Part shown: in pieces, positions 1-10,217 of the stretch
How the letters are laid out: each line of letters begins with the position of its first letter
Position numbering within the stretch: position 1 is the stretch's first letter
Notes under the pieces: model-generated
Told to the model about the DNA's origin: nothing
The model's database searches: none
The model's input: only the letters and a program-made list of their open reading frames with translations
Translations under genes and position numbers: made by a program
Assembly (NCBI GenBank): GCA_000004985.1
Contig: GG738933.1
Reading direction: 5' to 3' (one strand)
Origin: Naegleria gruberi
Taxonomy: Eukaryota
DNA length: 64,000 nucleotides

Positions 1-92
1 TTATCTATTTATACATTGGTATCAAGCTTGAAATTTATCTTTTGCAATTTTTCTTTTCATCTTTAAATTTCTGGCCGTTATATATAAAATGA

Positions 93-1052
93 AAAGCCAG
101 TAAAAAAATTTGTAGCAAATTTCTACATGCTTCATCAGCAACAGTTGAACAACAAGAACAAGAACAACATGAAGAAAGTATTTCAATCCTCTCATATAAT
201 GTAAATTTTGCTGGATGTGGACGTCAAACAGGAACCTACTCGAAGAGAAGAGGAGGTAAGAGAGTTGAGCAAGCCATCGAAGAGGCTATGCATCCACATC
301 CTCATCATAATCATCAAGCTGGTTGCGACTTGATTTGCCTGCAGGAAACTCATAAAGGATGGGAAAAGGCTCTAAATACATCTCTGATAATTTCCACTCA
401 TTTTCCTCATCAATATTGGGATCATTCCAATGTGGAGCAGTGCAAACCGAGTGGAGCTGCTGTGTTGGCTAGGAGTTATTTGGATATTAAGGTAAGTGTT
501 CTGGAGAGTGGTGTAGAGGGTTCTGTCTTTCCTGCCCTGCATGTTCTTGTGAAGGATAGGAGGAATGGCCACTCTTTTCAAGTGTTGAGTGTTCACTTGA
601 GACCACCTCTTGGATTTGATGATAACCAGAGGGCGAATATTGAACTGTCAGCTCTGTGGACAACTAGCTCAATACGTTTGAAGGAGATGCAGAGCTATTT
701 GGAACAAGCTCTCAGATTGAGTTCACTTCCCTTGTTAATTGTTGGAGATTTTAATGAATCTTTTGAATCTGGAAGTTGGCTCTCTCCATCCTATGCAGAT
801 TTCCTGATGGAAAAGAAGGTATGTTATTTAGAATTTGAATTGTCTTTTTCATTTGAATAGTTTGTTGATGCATTGGATAATGAAACGAGTTGGTATTGGC
901 CATTAAGATGGAATATTTCAATGTGGGCATCGTTTGATCACATTCTTTATAAGAAGGAGGAGTTTGAAGTGGTGGAAAAGAAGATATTGGTGGAATTTAA
1001 AGAGAATGCTTCAGACCATTTGCCTTGCTTGGCAAGATTGAAAACAAGGTGA
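93..1052 (+). CDS. Endonuclease/exonuclease/phosphatase (EEP) family protein. At least two exons; intron 819..860 (GTATGT...AG, 42 nt, phase 0). The frame is open from 93 with no ATG before 288, so the 5' end is unresolved.
   Basis: Motifs read from the translation: LSYNVNF, LICLQETHK, LIVGDFNE, and a C-terminal SDHLP. Exon 2 (861..1052) continues the fold after removal of the in-frame intron. Confidence 0.6.
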
Positions 1053-1118
1053 AAAATACAATCTCCCTTACAAATCTGTTTAAAATCAATTACGGTAATC
1101 TTTATTTATTGATAAGAA

Positions 1119-1191
1119 GCCGACATAGCTCAGTTGGGAGAGCGTAAGACTGAAGATCTTAAGGTCCCTGGTTCGATCCCTGGTGTCGGCA
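1119..1191 (+). tRNA. tRNA-Phe, anticodon GAA (1152..1154), 73 nt, no intron, CCA not encoded.
   Basis: Acceptor stem GCCGACA/TGTCGGC; A-box TAGCTCAGTTGG; B-box GGTTCGATCC; anticodon loop CTGAAGA. The sequence closely matches metazoan-type tRNA-Phe. Confidence 0.93.
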
Positions 1192-1193
1192 AA

Positions 1194-1197
1194 TTTT
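1194..1197 (+). terminator. Pol III T-run terminator (TTTT) immediately 3' of the tRNA.
   Basis: T4 run starts 3 nt after the discriminator base. Confidence 0.5.
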
Positions 1198-1420
1198 AGT
1201 TGCAAGATAAAGGCAATTTTTTGTGGATCCTTGGCTCTGTTAATTGTGGAGATTGAACATTATTCAAAATGATGTTTATTTTCTTGGTTTCTTTCTAGTT
1301 GTAAATCAAGTATTTTGTCTTCCAATGACTTTGGAAATAATCTCATCTACTTGATCATAATTCAAAAATTGTCTCCCACTCTTTAATCACAATTTTCTTT
1401 TATTTACTATTTACATGCAA

Positions 1421-2458
1421 CTACCTGTTCAAATACCATTCCAAGACAAGTCCTAAAACTAGTGAGGCCATTGAAAAAGCCAACATGTACCAGGTAATTT
1501 CCAAAAAGACATAGGCAAAGCCACCTACTGTTCTCTTTGCAATTCTGACCATGAGATACCTGAATATTTGAAACACCACCCTGATATAACTTGCCTTTGC
1601 TAGTCCTTCTCCATTTCTAAACATTTCTATCAAGTTTTTGTGAGCTATCGAATTGAATCTTACTTGTTTAAACAATTCTAAGGATTTGAATGGATTTTTA
1701 GAAATGACACCGTCAGGAGAACCACTTCTCAAGAGGAGTGCTTGTTCCAAGATTGCCTTCTTGTAGTTTCTTGAAGCAGCAACATTAAAATGATCCATTG
1801 CCCTTTCGTATTGTTTAGTTTTAAGGTAAAACTTTCCCAATGCATAGTGAGCAAAATTGGAATCAAATATTTCAACCAATTCAATCAAATAGGTTTCAAC
1901 AGTCGATTCAACAAGTTTCTGATTCGTCCAATCTCTGGATGCATCATATTTTGCAAGTAAGGTTTCGTATTTTCCAACTCTGACTGTCGAAACAAATCCC
2001 AAATAGGAAATAGTGGCCAGAAGTAATTGAGCTTGCTTTAATCCATTTTCAGAAGCCATTACAAGAGGTGACACATCATCAATAATTTGCTTTGAATCGA
2101 ACAATAGTAAGCTATGTAAATAGAGAGCAACTTGATTATTGTTTTGGAAAGTGTAGAATCCGAACCAATTTTTAGTAAATTCGCCAAGTTTCTTATTTGC
2201 ATAGGCATAGTTTTGTTTTCTCATTTCTGAGGATATTTCTTGTACTAGATAGTCAGGCATGGAATAGTTGTGATAGGATCGGAATGTAGATGATCCACTA
2301 GTAGTATTGGTGAATGAAATGTTGTGTGAAATAGGTTTCGTCGAGTTTCCTTTTTGTCCAAAGAAGATTAATCTCTTAACAAAGTTGAGAATAGGACCTG
2401 AACTTTCAGAAGCTTTGATTATATTTCTGACAATTGGTGTTGATGATCTTGATAACAT
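1421..2458 (-). CDS. Hypothetical protein with Sel1/TPR-like helical repeats in the C-terminal half.
   Basis: 345-aa ORF with an ATG start. Repeated A..Y.LG..Y....Y..A..WF..AA-like segments (HYALGKFYLKTKQYERAMDHFNVAA). Confidence 0.5.
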   Translation of the reverse strand: MLSRSSTPIVRNIIKASESSGPILNFVKRLIFFGQKGNSTKPISHNISFTNTTSGSSTFRSYHNYSMPDYLVQEISSEMRKQNYAYANKKLGEFTKNWFGFYTFQNNNQVALYLHSLLLFDSKQIIDDVSPLVMASENGLKQAQLLLATISYLGFVSTVRVGKYETLLAKYDASRDWTNQKLVESTVETYLIELVEIFDSNFAHYALGKFYLKTKQYERAMDHFNVAASRNYKKAILEQALLLRSGSPDGVISKNPFKSLELFKQVRFNSIAHKNLIEMFRNGEGLAKASYIRVVFQIFRYLMVRIAKRTVGGFAYVFLEITWYMLAFSMASLVLGLVLEWYLNR

Positions 2459-2724
2459 TTTTTTTGTGTTGTTTCGTATTCAAACTTTTTCAAACTATTT
2501 ATATTGTTTTTGGAATAGTTATAAATAAATCATTTTAATGATTGCAAGGACTTTCAATCAAAATCCTTTTTATAAAATTTCAACAAGTTATTTCTGTTTA
2601 ATCACCTTGAGAATCCAGAATACTAAATTTATCTCAGGTTTAGTATTTAAGTAAAAAGGAAATGAACATTTTCATCAAAATATTTATTTACAATACTTTA
2701 CAATGTTAATATTTTACATTCCTG

Positions 2725-3495
2725 CTATTTTCTAAAAACAGGTTTTTCCAGAACTTTGATTTTTGTAATGTGAATTTCTTCCTCTAGCGGATAAATATTT
2801 TCACATCTTGTTCGAATTTCATTGCTCATTCCACATTTGATAGCCATTCGTTCAACAAATTCAAGGATTTTCATTTGGGATATTTTCTTTGAAATGACAT
2901 CTGTCATAACAGTTCTGATTTTCTTGATTTGAGACTTGTTGGCATAGGATGTCTTTTTAAATTGCAAAGCTTTCATTCTTGTGCTTGCTATCATGAATAT
3001 TCTAATCTTGTATCCATCCAAACTCTTAAATTCATGATTCAAAGTGATGGTTGAGTGAAATCGTTTCGTCAAAGTTGCCAATTTATCTTTGGTCAATCTG
3101 AATCCATTAAATTCTGTGTCTGCATGTTGTGGTATCGGAATGTTATTGATCTTCAAGTTTACAATATTATAATTCATTTCCTCTTTGATTGATGGCATAA
3201 TGTCAGGAGCCGAAACTTCCAATGTTCGATTGAGCACTTTTTCAAACGTTGGTGTATGGTTGACAGTTTTTTTCAATTTTTCCTGCAAGTGAATAGTGTG
3301 CTTTGATTCTGTAATTGGTGTCACTAAAGGAGGATAGCTCCCTTGATTAGTGACAGTTGCAAATTCCATATACTTTGATTTTTCATAGCAAAGATATGGT
3401 GACTGGATGAGAAAGTATTGTTTTCTAAATTCAAATTGTGGTAATCTGTGCCTCACTTTCCTTCTAGATAGAAATGCGCTTTTTTTGGCAGGCAT
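2725..3495 (-). CDS. Hypothetical protein, 256 aa.
   Basis: Long ORF with an ATG start in an otherwise AT-rich region; no recognisable domain. Confidence 0.45.
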   Translation of the reverse strand: MPAKKSAFLSRRKVRHRLPQFEFRKQYFLIQSPYLCYEKSKYMEFATVTNQGSYPPLVTPITESKHTIHLQEKLKKTVNHTPTFEKVLNRTLEVSAPDIMPSIKEEMNYNIVNLKINNIPIPQHADTEFNGFRLTKDKLATLTKRFHSTITLNHEFKSLDGYKIRIFMIASTRMKALQFKKTSYANKSQIKKIRTVMTDVISKKISQMKILEFVERMAIKCGMSNEIRTRCENIYPLEEEIHITKIKVLEKPVFRK

Positions 3496-3853
3496 TTTTT
3501 TTTAATCTTCCAGTTCAAATTGCCAGTTTCTAATAATAAATTGAAACCATTTCGTAGTAATGGACGTATTTTCTGAAAATGAAAAGATAGTTTTTCGTTT
3601 GTTGTAATTTCTTATTGAGAACTCAGTAACAAAGATGTCCCTTAATGTTGTTGAGTGGTGAACAATATTCATTTTGCTTGACTTCAATTGATCGAACATG
3701 GTAACTATCGCTGTCACGCGTCAAGAATCTATTTCAAGAAATAATTGTTGACAGAAGAATATTCAAACAAATCACAAAAAAACAAAGCCAACTAACATTC
3801 TCCACAAACCACTTCCAAGATTGGCATGTTTGCATACCATCTAATAACTTCCC

Positions 3854-4315
3854 ATGCCACATCACACAAGACAGGATTTATCCGAATCTTGTGATTCATC
3901 CAATAATAACAATAACTCTTTCATTCCCTTCTATATGAGGGATGATTTACCAACCAACAGACAATCAAAAGCAAGAGTCAACCAGAGAAGAAGAAGAAAA
4001 ACCGTTCAAGATGTTCTCCAACAAAAGGTTTCTGCTTCTCCTTCGAATAATAATAATTTGATATCAGCTGCTGCTGGACCTAATATTCAACATCCTTCCT
4101 CTAATAATATTAATATTAATAATAATTTGAATAATAGTAATGGAGGTTTCTTGTCATCTCTTCAACAACAACAACAGAATAATAATAATAATAATTATAC
4201 ATCATCAACTAATATTCATCATCAACCTCCGTTGGCTCCCAAACCTCCTCAATTATTAAGTAATAATAATAATATTCTAATGGAATTCATTCGGTTGCAA
4301 CAAATACACCACTGA
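3854..4315 (+). CDS. Asn/Gln-rich low-complexity segment, probably the 5' part of the following gene, separated from it by an apparent frameshift.
   Basis: ATG at 3854; poly-N runs. The ORF stops at 4315, while a second frame opens at 4273 and runs into the 4336 ORF. Confidence 0.4.
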   Translation: MPHHTRQDLSESCDSSNNNNNSFIPFYMRDDLPTNRQSKARVNQRRRRKTVQDVLQQKVSASPSNNNNLISAAAGPNIQHPSSNNININNNLNNSNGGFLSSLQQQQQNNNNNNYTSSTNIHHQPPLAPKPPQLLSNNNNILMEFIRLQQIHH

Positions 4316-4335
4316 ATATTCTACCAAAGACTTTA

Positions 4336-6969
4336 ATGCAACAAACAAAACAAATTAATTCTCATCCTCATCCGCACCAACAACAACATCATCATCATGT
4401 ACCAATTCTTCCAAAGCAACAACCTTCCATATCACCTCGACCTCCTCCGACTGCGCATGTTAATCCAAATCAATATCCTCTACCATTCCCTCCTTCTCCC
4501 CTCACCTACCAACACTACTATCAACAACAACAACAATACGCTCTCAATCAAAACAGCAGCAACAATAATCAACAATCCGTAACGACACCTCCTCAAGGCA
4601 TTTTCCCCGCTCAAACTTTTACAGAAATTACAACAAAATTTGGCGGCAGTGTGCAATATAGAAATCGAAAAAGTTTGGGAAGCGAGCAAGAAAAATTGTC
4701 ATCGTCATCTTCCTCCTCGCACTCAGATGTGATTCATCACCATCATCACAACATTAATAGTAGTAGTAACAATTTTAGTGGTGGAGAGAAACAACGAATT
4801 CAATTAGGGCTACATCAACAACAACAACATCATGGAATTATTTCTACGAGTGCTGCCTCGAATAATATTGAAAGTAGTGTGGTAATTATTGGAGAGAGTA
4901 GGAGACCAACAATAGCAAATAGTATAAATAATAATGGAAAGGGTAGTGGAGAGGAAATGTTGATTGATTCAACTCCAACTCCAAAGGTATTTACACCAAG
5001 AACGACGAGTAGTAGCATGGTAAAGAAGGAAGAGCATGAAGGAAAGAAGCCATTGTCAATTTCATCATTTCTCTCTGCTCAATCTGGTAATCCTACGGCT
5101 TCAGCATCATCAGCAAGTAGAGCTCCAACTTCTCCACGTTCCAATTATATTAATGGAGTCAAGACTGTTTCTACAGCAGCTGTTCACAGATTGAAACGTT
5201 TGCAACAACAGATTCGTTCCTCTGATTTGCATGCTATCAACTCATCTGCACAAGTATTGAACTATTTAAAGATGGTACAACAACAGCAACAAGCTTATAT
5301 TCAACAAAGAATGATGCTTCAATCAAGTTCCATTCCTTCCCTGAATATTTCTGTCAATCATATTAAGAATCAATTGTACAATCCTAACTCTGTAACTCCA
5401 TCTTCCACAGCAACAAATGCTGCTGCCAACAATAATTCACAAGAATATTTACCATCTACCTTTATACCTTCCTATCAATTGGATCCAACTGTGGATATGA
5501 TGATTTCTAATTGGGAAAATCAAATCAGACAACGTCAACGACAACAGAAAATGCAAAAGTATAGAGTTCCAAATCTTCGTATTCCTCCACAAGATTTTGC
5601 CTCTAACTTTATGATTGATTCCTCATCGAGTGGAGGAAGCAGTAAGGGATCTCATTCAGATCGTTCTGAAGCTTGGATGAGTGCACGATTTGCAAGCTCC
5701 ACCATCAGTAGTGGAAGAGGAACACTAAGTAGTGGACTGGGAATTTCTCCACTCAATTCACCTAGTTCTTCTTGTGGAACTGTTAGTGACTGTGGTGTGC
5801 ACTATACTGCCGATCCAAATGATCTCATATCACCTAGGATTCAACATCATTCCAGACATAGTCACATGCTCATTACTGCCGAACAATTGTCTCCAGAGGA
5901 TGGAGACAATGATGACGAAGATGATGAGGATGGAGACACACTCATGATTGATGATTCTTCCCCAACAGCTCCTAACAAGGTTCTTCCACCAATTTCTACT
6001 TTGAATTTACCACCACTCAACTTGCTCTCTATTTCTCCTAGTACTGGTGATCATCAACAAGATCATTCTAAGAGTTGTCCAAATTCTGTCTCTAATAGGG
6101 AAAGTGACCAAGGAATTCAAACACTGTTTGGTTCAGGAAGTCACAAATCAGTTCAACCAAATCCAATTTCACTCAACAATACACCACCAGTGAGTCATGG
6201 TACTACATATAGACCAGAAGGATTCATTACACATCGTTCACATCAACAACACTATATCAATAATCATCATTCTAATTTAACATCATCGTCAGGAAAACAA
6301 ATTCATCACCAAGTTCATTCTACCCAACGAAGAGTTGATTCTCAACATGTTGAAAGTTTAATTTCCTCAACCAATGTATGTCCATCTCCAAAACGTTCAA
6401 ACCATCAATATCATCCATATCCTCTCACCAGTCCTAGATCTAAAAAGAAGAAGGTATCCACTCAAGATCAACCAACAGAGATTGAATCTATTTCATTCAA
6501 TTTCCCTCCACCTCCTACTTCAAATCCATCTGAGTCATCATCCAATGAACAAGTTGCCAATCAGGAAGAAATTCAACAACGTATGTCCATGCAACTTTTC
6601 CAAGCCATTTTCAGACATACACCTCTACCAATGTTCATTCTCAATTCCAAGGGTAAATTCATGTCTGTTAATCATGCCTTTGTTAACATGCTAGGTTATA
6701 ATCAAGAGGATCTCTTTTCCAACAAGTTTGCCTCTGAATTTGTTTCGAATGAACACGAATTGATGCAACAAATTCACAAATGCTCACACGAGGGAGGACT
6801 GAACAATGGAGTAGCAAATCAACAACACTATTCATTGTCTTTTAAGGATTATGAAGGATTGGAAATTCAAGCAGAAAATACCATTTACGTTCTCAGAGAT
6901 GTCATGTATGCAGGAGAATTCTTTGTATTCACAGTTACCAACTATCAATCTTCTGCCTCACGTGAATAA
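4336..6969 (+). CDS. Large Gln/His/Ser/Asn-rich protein with a C-terminal PAS-like domain.
   Basis: 877-aa ORF. C-terminal FQAIFRHTPLPMFILNSKGKFMSVNHAFVNMLGYNQEDL reads as a PAS fold; poly-Q, poly-H and poly-S tracts upstream. Confidence 0.55.
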   Translation: MQQTKQINSHPHPHQQQHHHHVPILPKQQPSISPRPPPTAHVNPNQYPLPFPPSPLTYQHYYQQQQQYALNQNSSNNNQQSVTTPPQGIFPAQTFTEITTKFGGSVQYRNRKSLGSEQEKLSSSSSSSHSDVIHHHHHNINSSSNNFSGGEKQRIQLGLHQQQQHHGIISTSAASNNIESSVVIIGESRRPTIANSINNNGKGSGEEMLIDSTPTPKVFTPRTTSSSMVKKEEHEGKKPLSISSFLSAQSGNPTASASSASRAPTSPRSNYINGVKTVSTAAVHRLKRLQQQIRSSDLHAINSSAQVLNYLKMVQQQQQAYIQQRMMLQSSSIPSLNISVNHIKNQLYNPNSVTPSSTATNAAANNNSQEYLPSTFIPSYQLDPTVDMMISNWENQIRQRQRQQKMQKYRVPNLRIPPQDFASNFMIDSSSSGGSSKGSHSDRSEAWMSARFASSTISSGRGTLSSGLGISPLNSPSSSCGTVSDCGVHYTADPNDLISPRIQHHSRHSHMLITAEQLSPEDGDNDDEDDEDGDTLMIDDSSPTAPNKVLPPISTLNLPPLNLLSISPSTGDHQQDHSKSCPNSVSNRESDQGIQTLFGSGSHKSVQPNPISLNNTPPVSHGTTYRPEGFITHRSHQQHYINNHHSNLTSSSGKQIHHQVHSTQRRVDSQHVESLISSTNVCPSPKRSNHQYHPYPLTSPRSKKKKVSTQDQPTEIESISFNFPPPPTSNPSESSSNEQVANQEEIQQRMSMQLFQAIFRHTPLPMFILNSKGKFMSVNHAFVNMLGYNQEDLFSNKFASEFVSNEHELMQQIHKCSHEGGLNNGVANQQHYSLSFKDYEGLEIQAENTIYVLRDVMYAGEFFVFTVTNYQSSASRE

Positions 6970-7206
6970 ATTGATGACTTTGAATTTCTCATTAGATCAT
7001 TTTACTGTTTGAACTAAGCGCTTGGATTGATTGGGAAAATAATAATTAGCCAGACATGTAATGAAGTATTTGAAAAAGCTACTTTAAGAAAGTTAGACGA
7101 AACTTGTACATTCTAAAATAGGAAAAACACTTGACAATTCAAACGCTTCTTTGATATTTAAACAATCACATGTGGGAAGAACCAACAACATCATTATCAA
7201 AAAAAA

Positions 7207-8649
7207 ATGTTTTTTCAATTGATTAACAACTTGCCCATCTATGCAAAAAACTTCATTTCTCTAATGGGACGCTCAAACGTTCTTCCAATTGACTTGATGG
7301 TTCTTGTCAAGGAATTTACAGAGGCACTCATTGTAACTATCTTCTATCCAGTTGTTACATTTGTTGGATTGTATCTCCAATTCATTAGATGGATTTGGGT
7401 CATGCTATTCAGAATGACAGTTCCAGCTCCTCAACAATTGGCATCTGGCATTCAAATCAAATCATGTATCATTACTGGTATTGCATCCAATGAAGAAATG
7501 GGTAGCAATCTATCCAACTCCAACACTGACAACACCATTGCCATGGCATACTCTTTGGCTAAGAGTTTGTGTTACAGTTGGATGAAAATCTTGGAACAAA
7601 ACATTGGAGCCGATCAGGAACATCGAATGATTACCTTGGTTGGACGTTCTGATGATTATTTGAGCGAGATGAGAGAAAGTTTGATTAAAGAGTTGGGAGA
7701 ATCTTTCGTAAAGAATATTGAGATTCGTATTAAGGTTGGAGATGCTTCAGATGAAGACAAGATTAGAAAGATTGTTACTGAGTATGATTATGATTTGGTA
7801 ATTGCTTGTCAACCTTGTGGATTTGTAACCACTGCAGAAGAAGGAAAATCAAGACAACCTGTCAGAAGACGTGACATTAAGGGAACTTCTTTCAAGCAAG
7901 GTGAAGATAAGAAAGTTTCTCCTCGTCGTACTAACTCTACATCTTCATCATCCTCATCAACTGATCAAGATAGAGAAATTGACAATTCTTTCACCAATTT
8001 GACAATTATTGGAGAAGAAACCATTCGTCAACAATTCGCCAACATTATTCAACCAACTTTGAACACCATCTTGCCAGCAATTAAGCAAGCCAACGAAAGA
8101 GGAGTGATCAACTCACCAAAACATGTCGTTGTTGGTTTAGTTAATGAAGTAGATCCAACAGTTTCTAATCATTTCGTCAATGAATTTGCTCTCCAATTGC
8201 CAAGAGTTGTCTTTACACAAATTTCCTCATTGGTCAACCGTTCTCTCTCCACCGAAACTCTCTTTGGAAATCAAACTATTAGAAACCAAATCGTCGAAAC
8301 TGACCTACCAACCAAATCTCAATTAGTTTTCCAAATGATTAATCCAATCACCAACATGACAGATAGGAGATTCAATCAATCTGTTTCCTCTACATATCAA
8401 TTCTCCACCTCTGCATCAACTTCTTCAACCTCTCAAAATGGTAAAGATAAGAGATCTCTCACCAATCCAATTCTTCCTCAATTCTTGGATAGGATTCCAT
8501 CTCAAATCTCCAATCAAATTCTTAAGGAAATTTACAAGGGAATTGAAGTGATTGATGTTAATCTTCCAATTCGATATGCCTCCGAAAGATTCCTCTCCGT
8601 ATTGCCTCATTCCATTGGTCAATTCACAAGAACTATTTTTAATTTGTAA
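7207..8649 (+). CDS. Hypothetical protein, 480 aa; N-terminal TM segment, then a possible Rossmann-like region.
   Basis: ATG preceded by an A-run; long ORF; a weak SDR-like pattern (ITGIAS...LVIACQP) that is not diagnostic. Confidence 0.45.
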   Translation: MFFQLINNLPIYAKNFISLMGRSNVLPIDLMVLVKEFTEALIVTIFYPVVTFVGLYLQFIRWIWVMLFRMTVPAPQQLASGIQIKSCIITGIASNEEMGSNLSNSNTDNTIAMAYSLAKSLCYSWMKILEQNIGADQEHRMITLVGRSDDYLSEMRESLIKELGESFVKNIEIRIKVGDASDEDKIRKIVTEYDYDLVIACQPCGFVTTAEEGKSRQPVRRRDIKGTSFKQGEDKKVSPRRTNSTSSSSSSTDQDREIDNSFTNLTIIGEETIRQQFANIIQPTLNTILPAIKQANERGVINSPKHVVVGLVNEVDPTVSNHFVNEFALQLPRVVFTQISSLVNRSLSTETLFGNQTIRNQIVETDLPTKSQLVFQMINPITNMTDRRFNQSVSSTYQFSTSASTSSTSQNGKDKRSLTNPILPQFLDRIPSQISNQILKEIYKGIEVIDVNLPIRYASERFLSVLPHSIGQFTRTIFNL

Positions 8650-8712
8650 TTTATATATAAAAAAAAATTTTGTAATTTCTAAATCCAAAAGCCTTAATAA
8701 GAAGTAAATGAC

Positions 8713-8734
8713 CAAATCAAATCAAATCAAATCG
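8713..8734. repeat. (CAAAT)n microsatellite, 4 perfect units.
   Basis: caaatcaaatcaaatcaaatcg read directly from the sequence. Confidence 0.6.
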
Positions 8735-8832
8735 CATTTTCGAGAAGGAGCAGAATCTTCTTGATAACTTCGATATGCGCGCGTTCACATTCAAATTGGT
8801 CTCTTGCGCTTAGATTCCCTTAGTAAAAAAAA

Positions 8833-9486
8833 ATGCCACCAAAACAAAATCTCTCACGGATGGGATCTCGGCGAATCGATTCAAACAATAATCTTCAAAT
8901 GCTATCTAATTTTAAACTTCCCTCAACGGCAACGCTTGGATCACTGCCCTCACAATATCATCAGAATAATCGATATGCTGTTTGCGATACTGATTCACAG
9001 TGTAGTGATGGAATGAGCATTGCTAGCTCTGAGGAATCATCACCTGTTCCTACCCGACATTCATCACCTTCTAATAATGCAGCTGCAGCAGCCATGAGAA
9101 GTAAATATAATGCATCACCTTTGCATAGTAGAACAGGAGGAGTATTGACCATGTCGATGAGTCCTTTGAATAATTTAAATAAGACTCCTCCACCTGGGAT
9201 ATTTATTGAGCAGAAATCATCAGCTGTCTTTTCAAAAACCAAGAACCTTAATACTAGTCCATCAAGCCCAAATACTTCTCCTCATAAGGATTTATCAAGT
9301 CCTTCCTTGTACTTTCAACGAAAACAATTATCACCCACACACCATCATCAGAGTCAGTATGTAAAGAAGGGATTGGAATTAGCCTCAGAGGTCTATCAAA
9401 TAGCCCCAAAACGAAACCGCAGTTCAAAAACCAGACTCGTCACCAGAAGAACCTCCATGCAAAGCAGCACCCTAACTACAAAGTGA
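8833..9486 (+). CDS. Ser/Thr/Pro-rich low-complexity protein, 217 aa.
   Basis: ATG after an A-run; open frame. The composition resembles disordered nuclear proteins, so it could still be a chance ORF. Confidence 0.4.
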   Translation: MPPKQNLSRMGSRRIDSNNNLQMLSNFKLPSTATLGSLPSQYHQNNRYAVCDTDSQCSDGMSIASSEESSPVPTRHSSPSNNAAAAAMRSKYNASPLHSRTGGVLTMSMSPLNNLNKTPPPGIFIEQKSSAVFSKTKNLNTSPSSPNTSPHKDLSSPSLYFQRKQLSPTHHHQSQYVKKGLELASEVYQIAPKRNRSSKTRLVTRRTSMQSSTLTTK

Positions 9487-9677
9487 GTGTCCATGTGGAA
9501 TGAGCTGTGATTTTGAGCTGAAGATATTGTTATTGTTGTGAAAAGTTCAAGAATGGGAACTATGAAAGAGCCTATTAAGTAAATTGCGGAGCGATAGAGG
9601 AGAAGATATTCTTAATAGATCCTGATGAATAAGATTTTCAGGAAATGCTAGAAATTGAGATCCAACTGTGAAATTTT

Positions 9678-10163
9678 TTAGTGTCTCTTTGAAGCACCAC
9701 TGACTGTAAAATTTTCAATGACGTGATTGGTTTGTTTCTTAACAAAGGAAACAACAGTATCCATTGCCATCTTATTTCCCTTGACTTGTGGCAGTTGAGT
9801 GACATACAAGAGATTGGCCTTGGTAGTGTTTTGTAAGAAACGATTCCATCCATAACCAATAATAGCATCTTCCACACGAGTAGCATGAGTAGGATCTGAA
9901 TTATAACTCATTGGTTGATTTGGAACCATATAAACAATGGCAGTAACACTTTTAGTCGAAACTGCAGTATCATATACGAAAGTAGGAACATGAATTGGAG
10001 AAGCAGTCAAATCAGTAGCACCAGGGACTGCCAAATTATTATCACCATTAGAAATAAAGAATAAACTTTCACGATTATTCTTATTCAAAGGAATAATTAA
10101 ATCTAAATTCATCATTGAATTCTTGTTCTTTAATACAAGACAACCAATTAAAAGACGGTACAA
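9678..10163 (-). CDS. Hypothetical protein. The track start is TTG and the first in-frame ATG codons are the Met-Met pair at about 10115. A hydrophobic, signal-like stretch upstream is in frame without an ATG, so a 5' exon may be missing.
   Basis: Open frame of 161 codons; start unresolved. Confidence 0.35.
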   Translation of the reverse strand: MYRLLIGCLVLKNKNSMMNLDLIIPLNKNNRESLFFISNGDNNLAVPGATDLTASPIHVPTFVYDTAVSTKSVTAIVYMVPNQPMSYNSDPTHATRVEDAIIGYGWNRFLQNTTKANLLYVTQLPQVKGNKMAMDTVVSFVKKQTNHVIENFTVSGASKRH

Positions 10164-10217
10164 GATAAGGAAAAGAATTTTAGCAAATCCACAAGTTCAA
10201 TTGAAATAGGAAGATGT

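Noticed and set aside
372-596. Minus-strand 74-aa ORF inside the EEP gene; similar short antisense or overlapping ORFs at 2307..2528, 4397..4582, 4480..4689, 4830..5018, 5732..5947, 6374..6694, 8425..8715, 8804..9016, 8961..9242, 10484..10717, 11142..11390, 11955..12589, 13294..13870, 14961..17015, 18290..18856, 19419..19637, 21735..21950, 23929..24144, 26272..26475, 28785..29209, 29326..29514, 29700..29942, 30078..30380, 31589..31774, 33129..33958, 34635..34943, 35068..35343, 36485..36934, 39844..40296, 40604..40798, 41473..42050, 42484..42720, 45264..45557, 49061..49759, 51032..51214, 54396..54605, 55511..55775, 56321..56545, 57284..57469, 58211..58641, 59146..59774, 62424..62835
   Set aside because: Each is embedded in or antisense to a longer ORF with recognisable domains, or translates low-complexity or repeat DNA. 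The track also allows non-ATG starts.
288-1052. Idea that the EEP gene is a LINE endonuclease remnant targeting the adjacent tRNA
   Set aside because: It contains a spliceosomal intron, has no reverse-transcriptase sequence following it, and is not flanked by repeats.
3502-3717. 71-aa minus ORF ending 6 nt before the ATG of the 2725..3495 gene
   Set aside because: It is separated by a stop and an A-run; it could be an upstream ORF or 5' exon but has no support.
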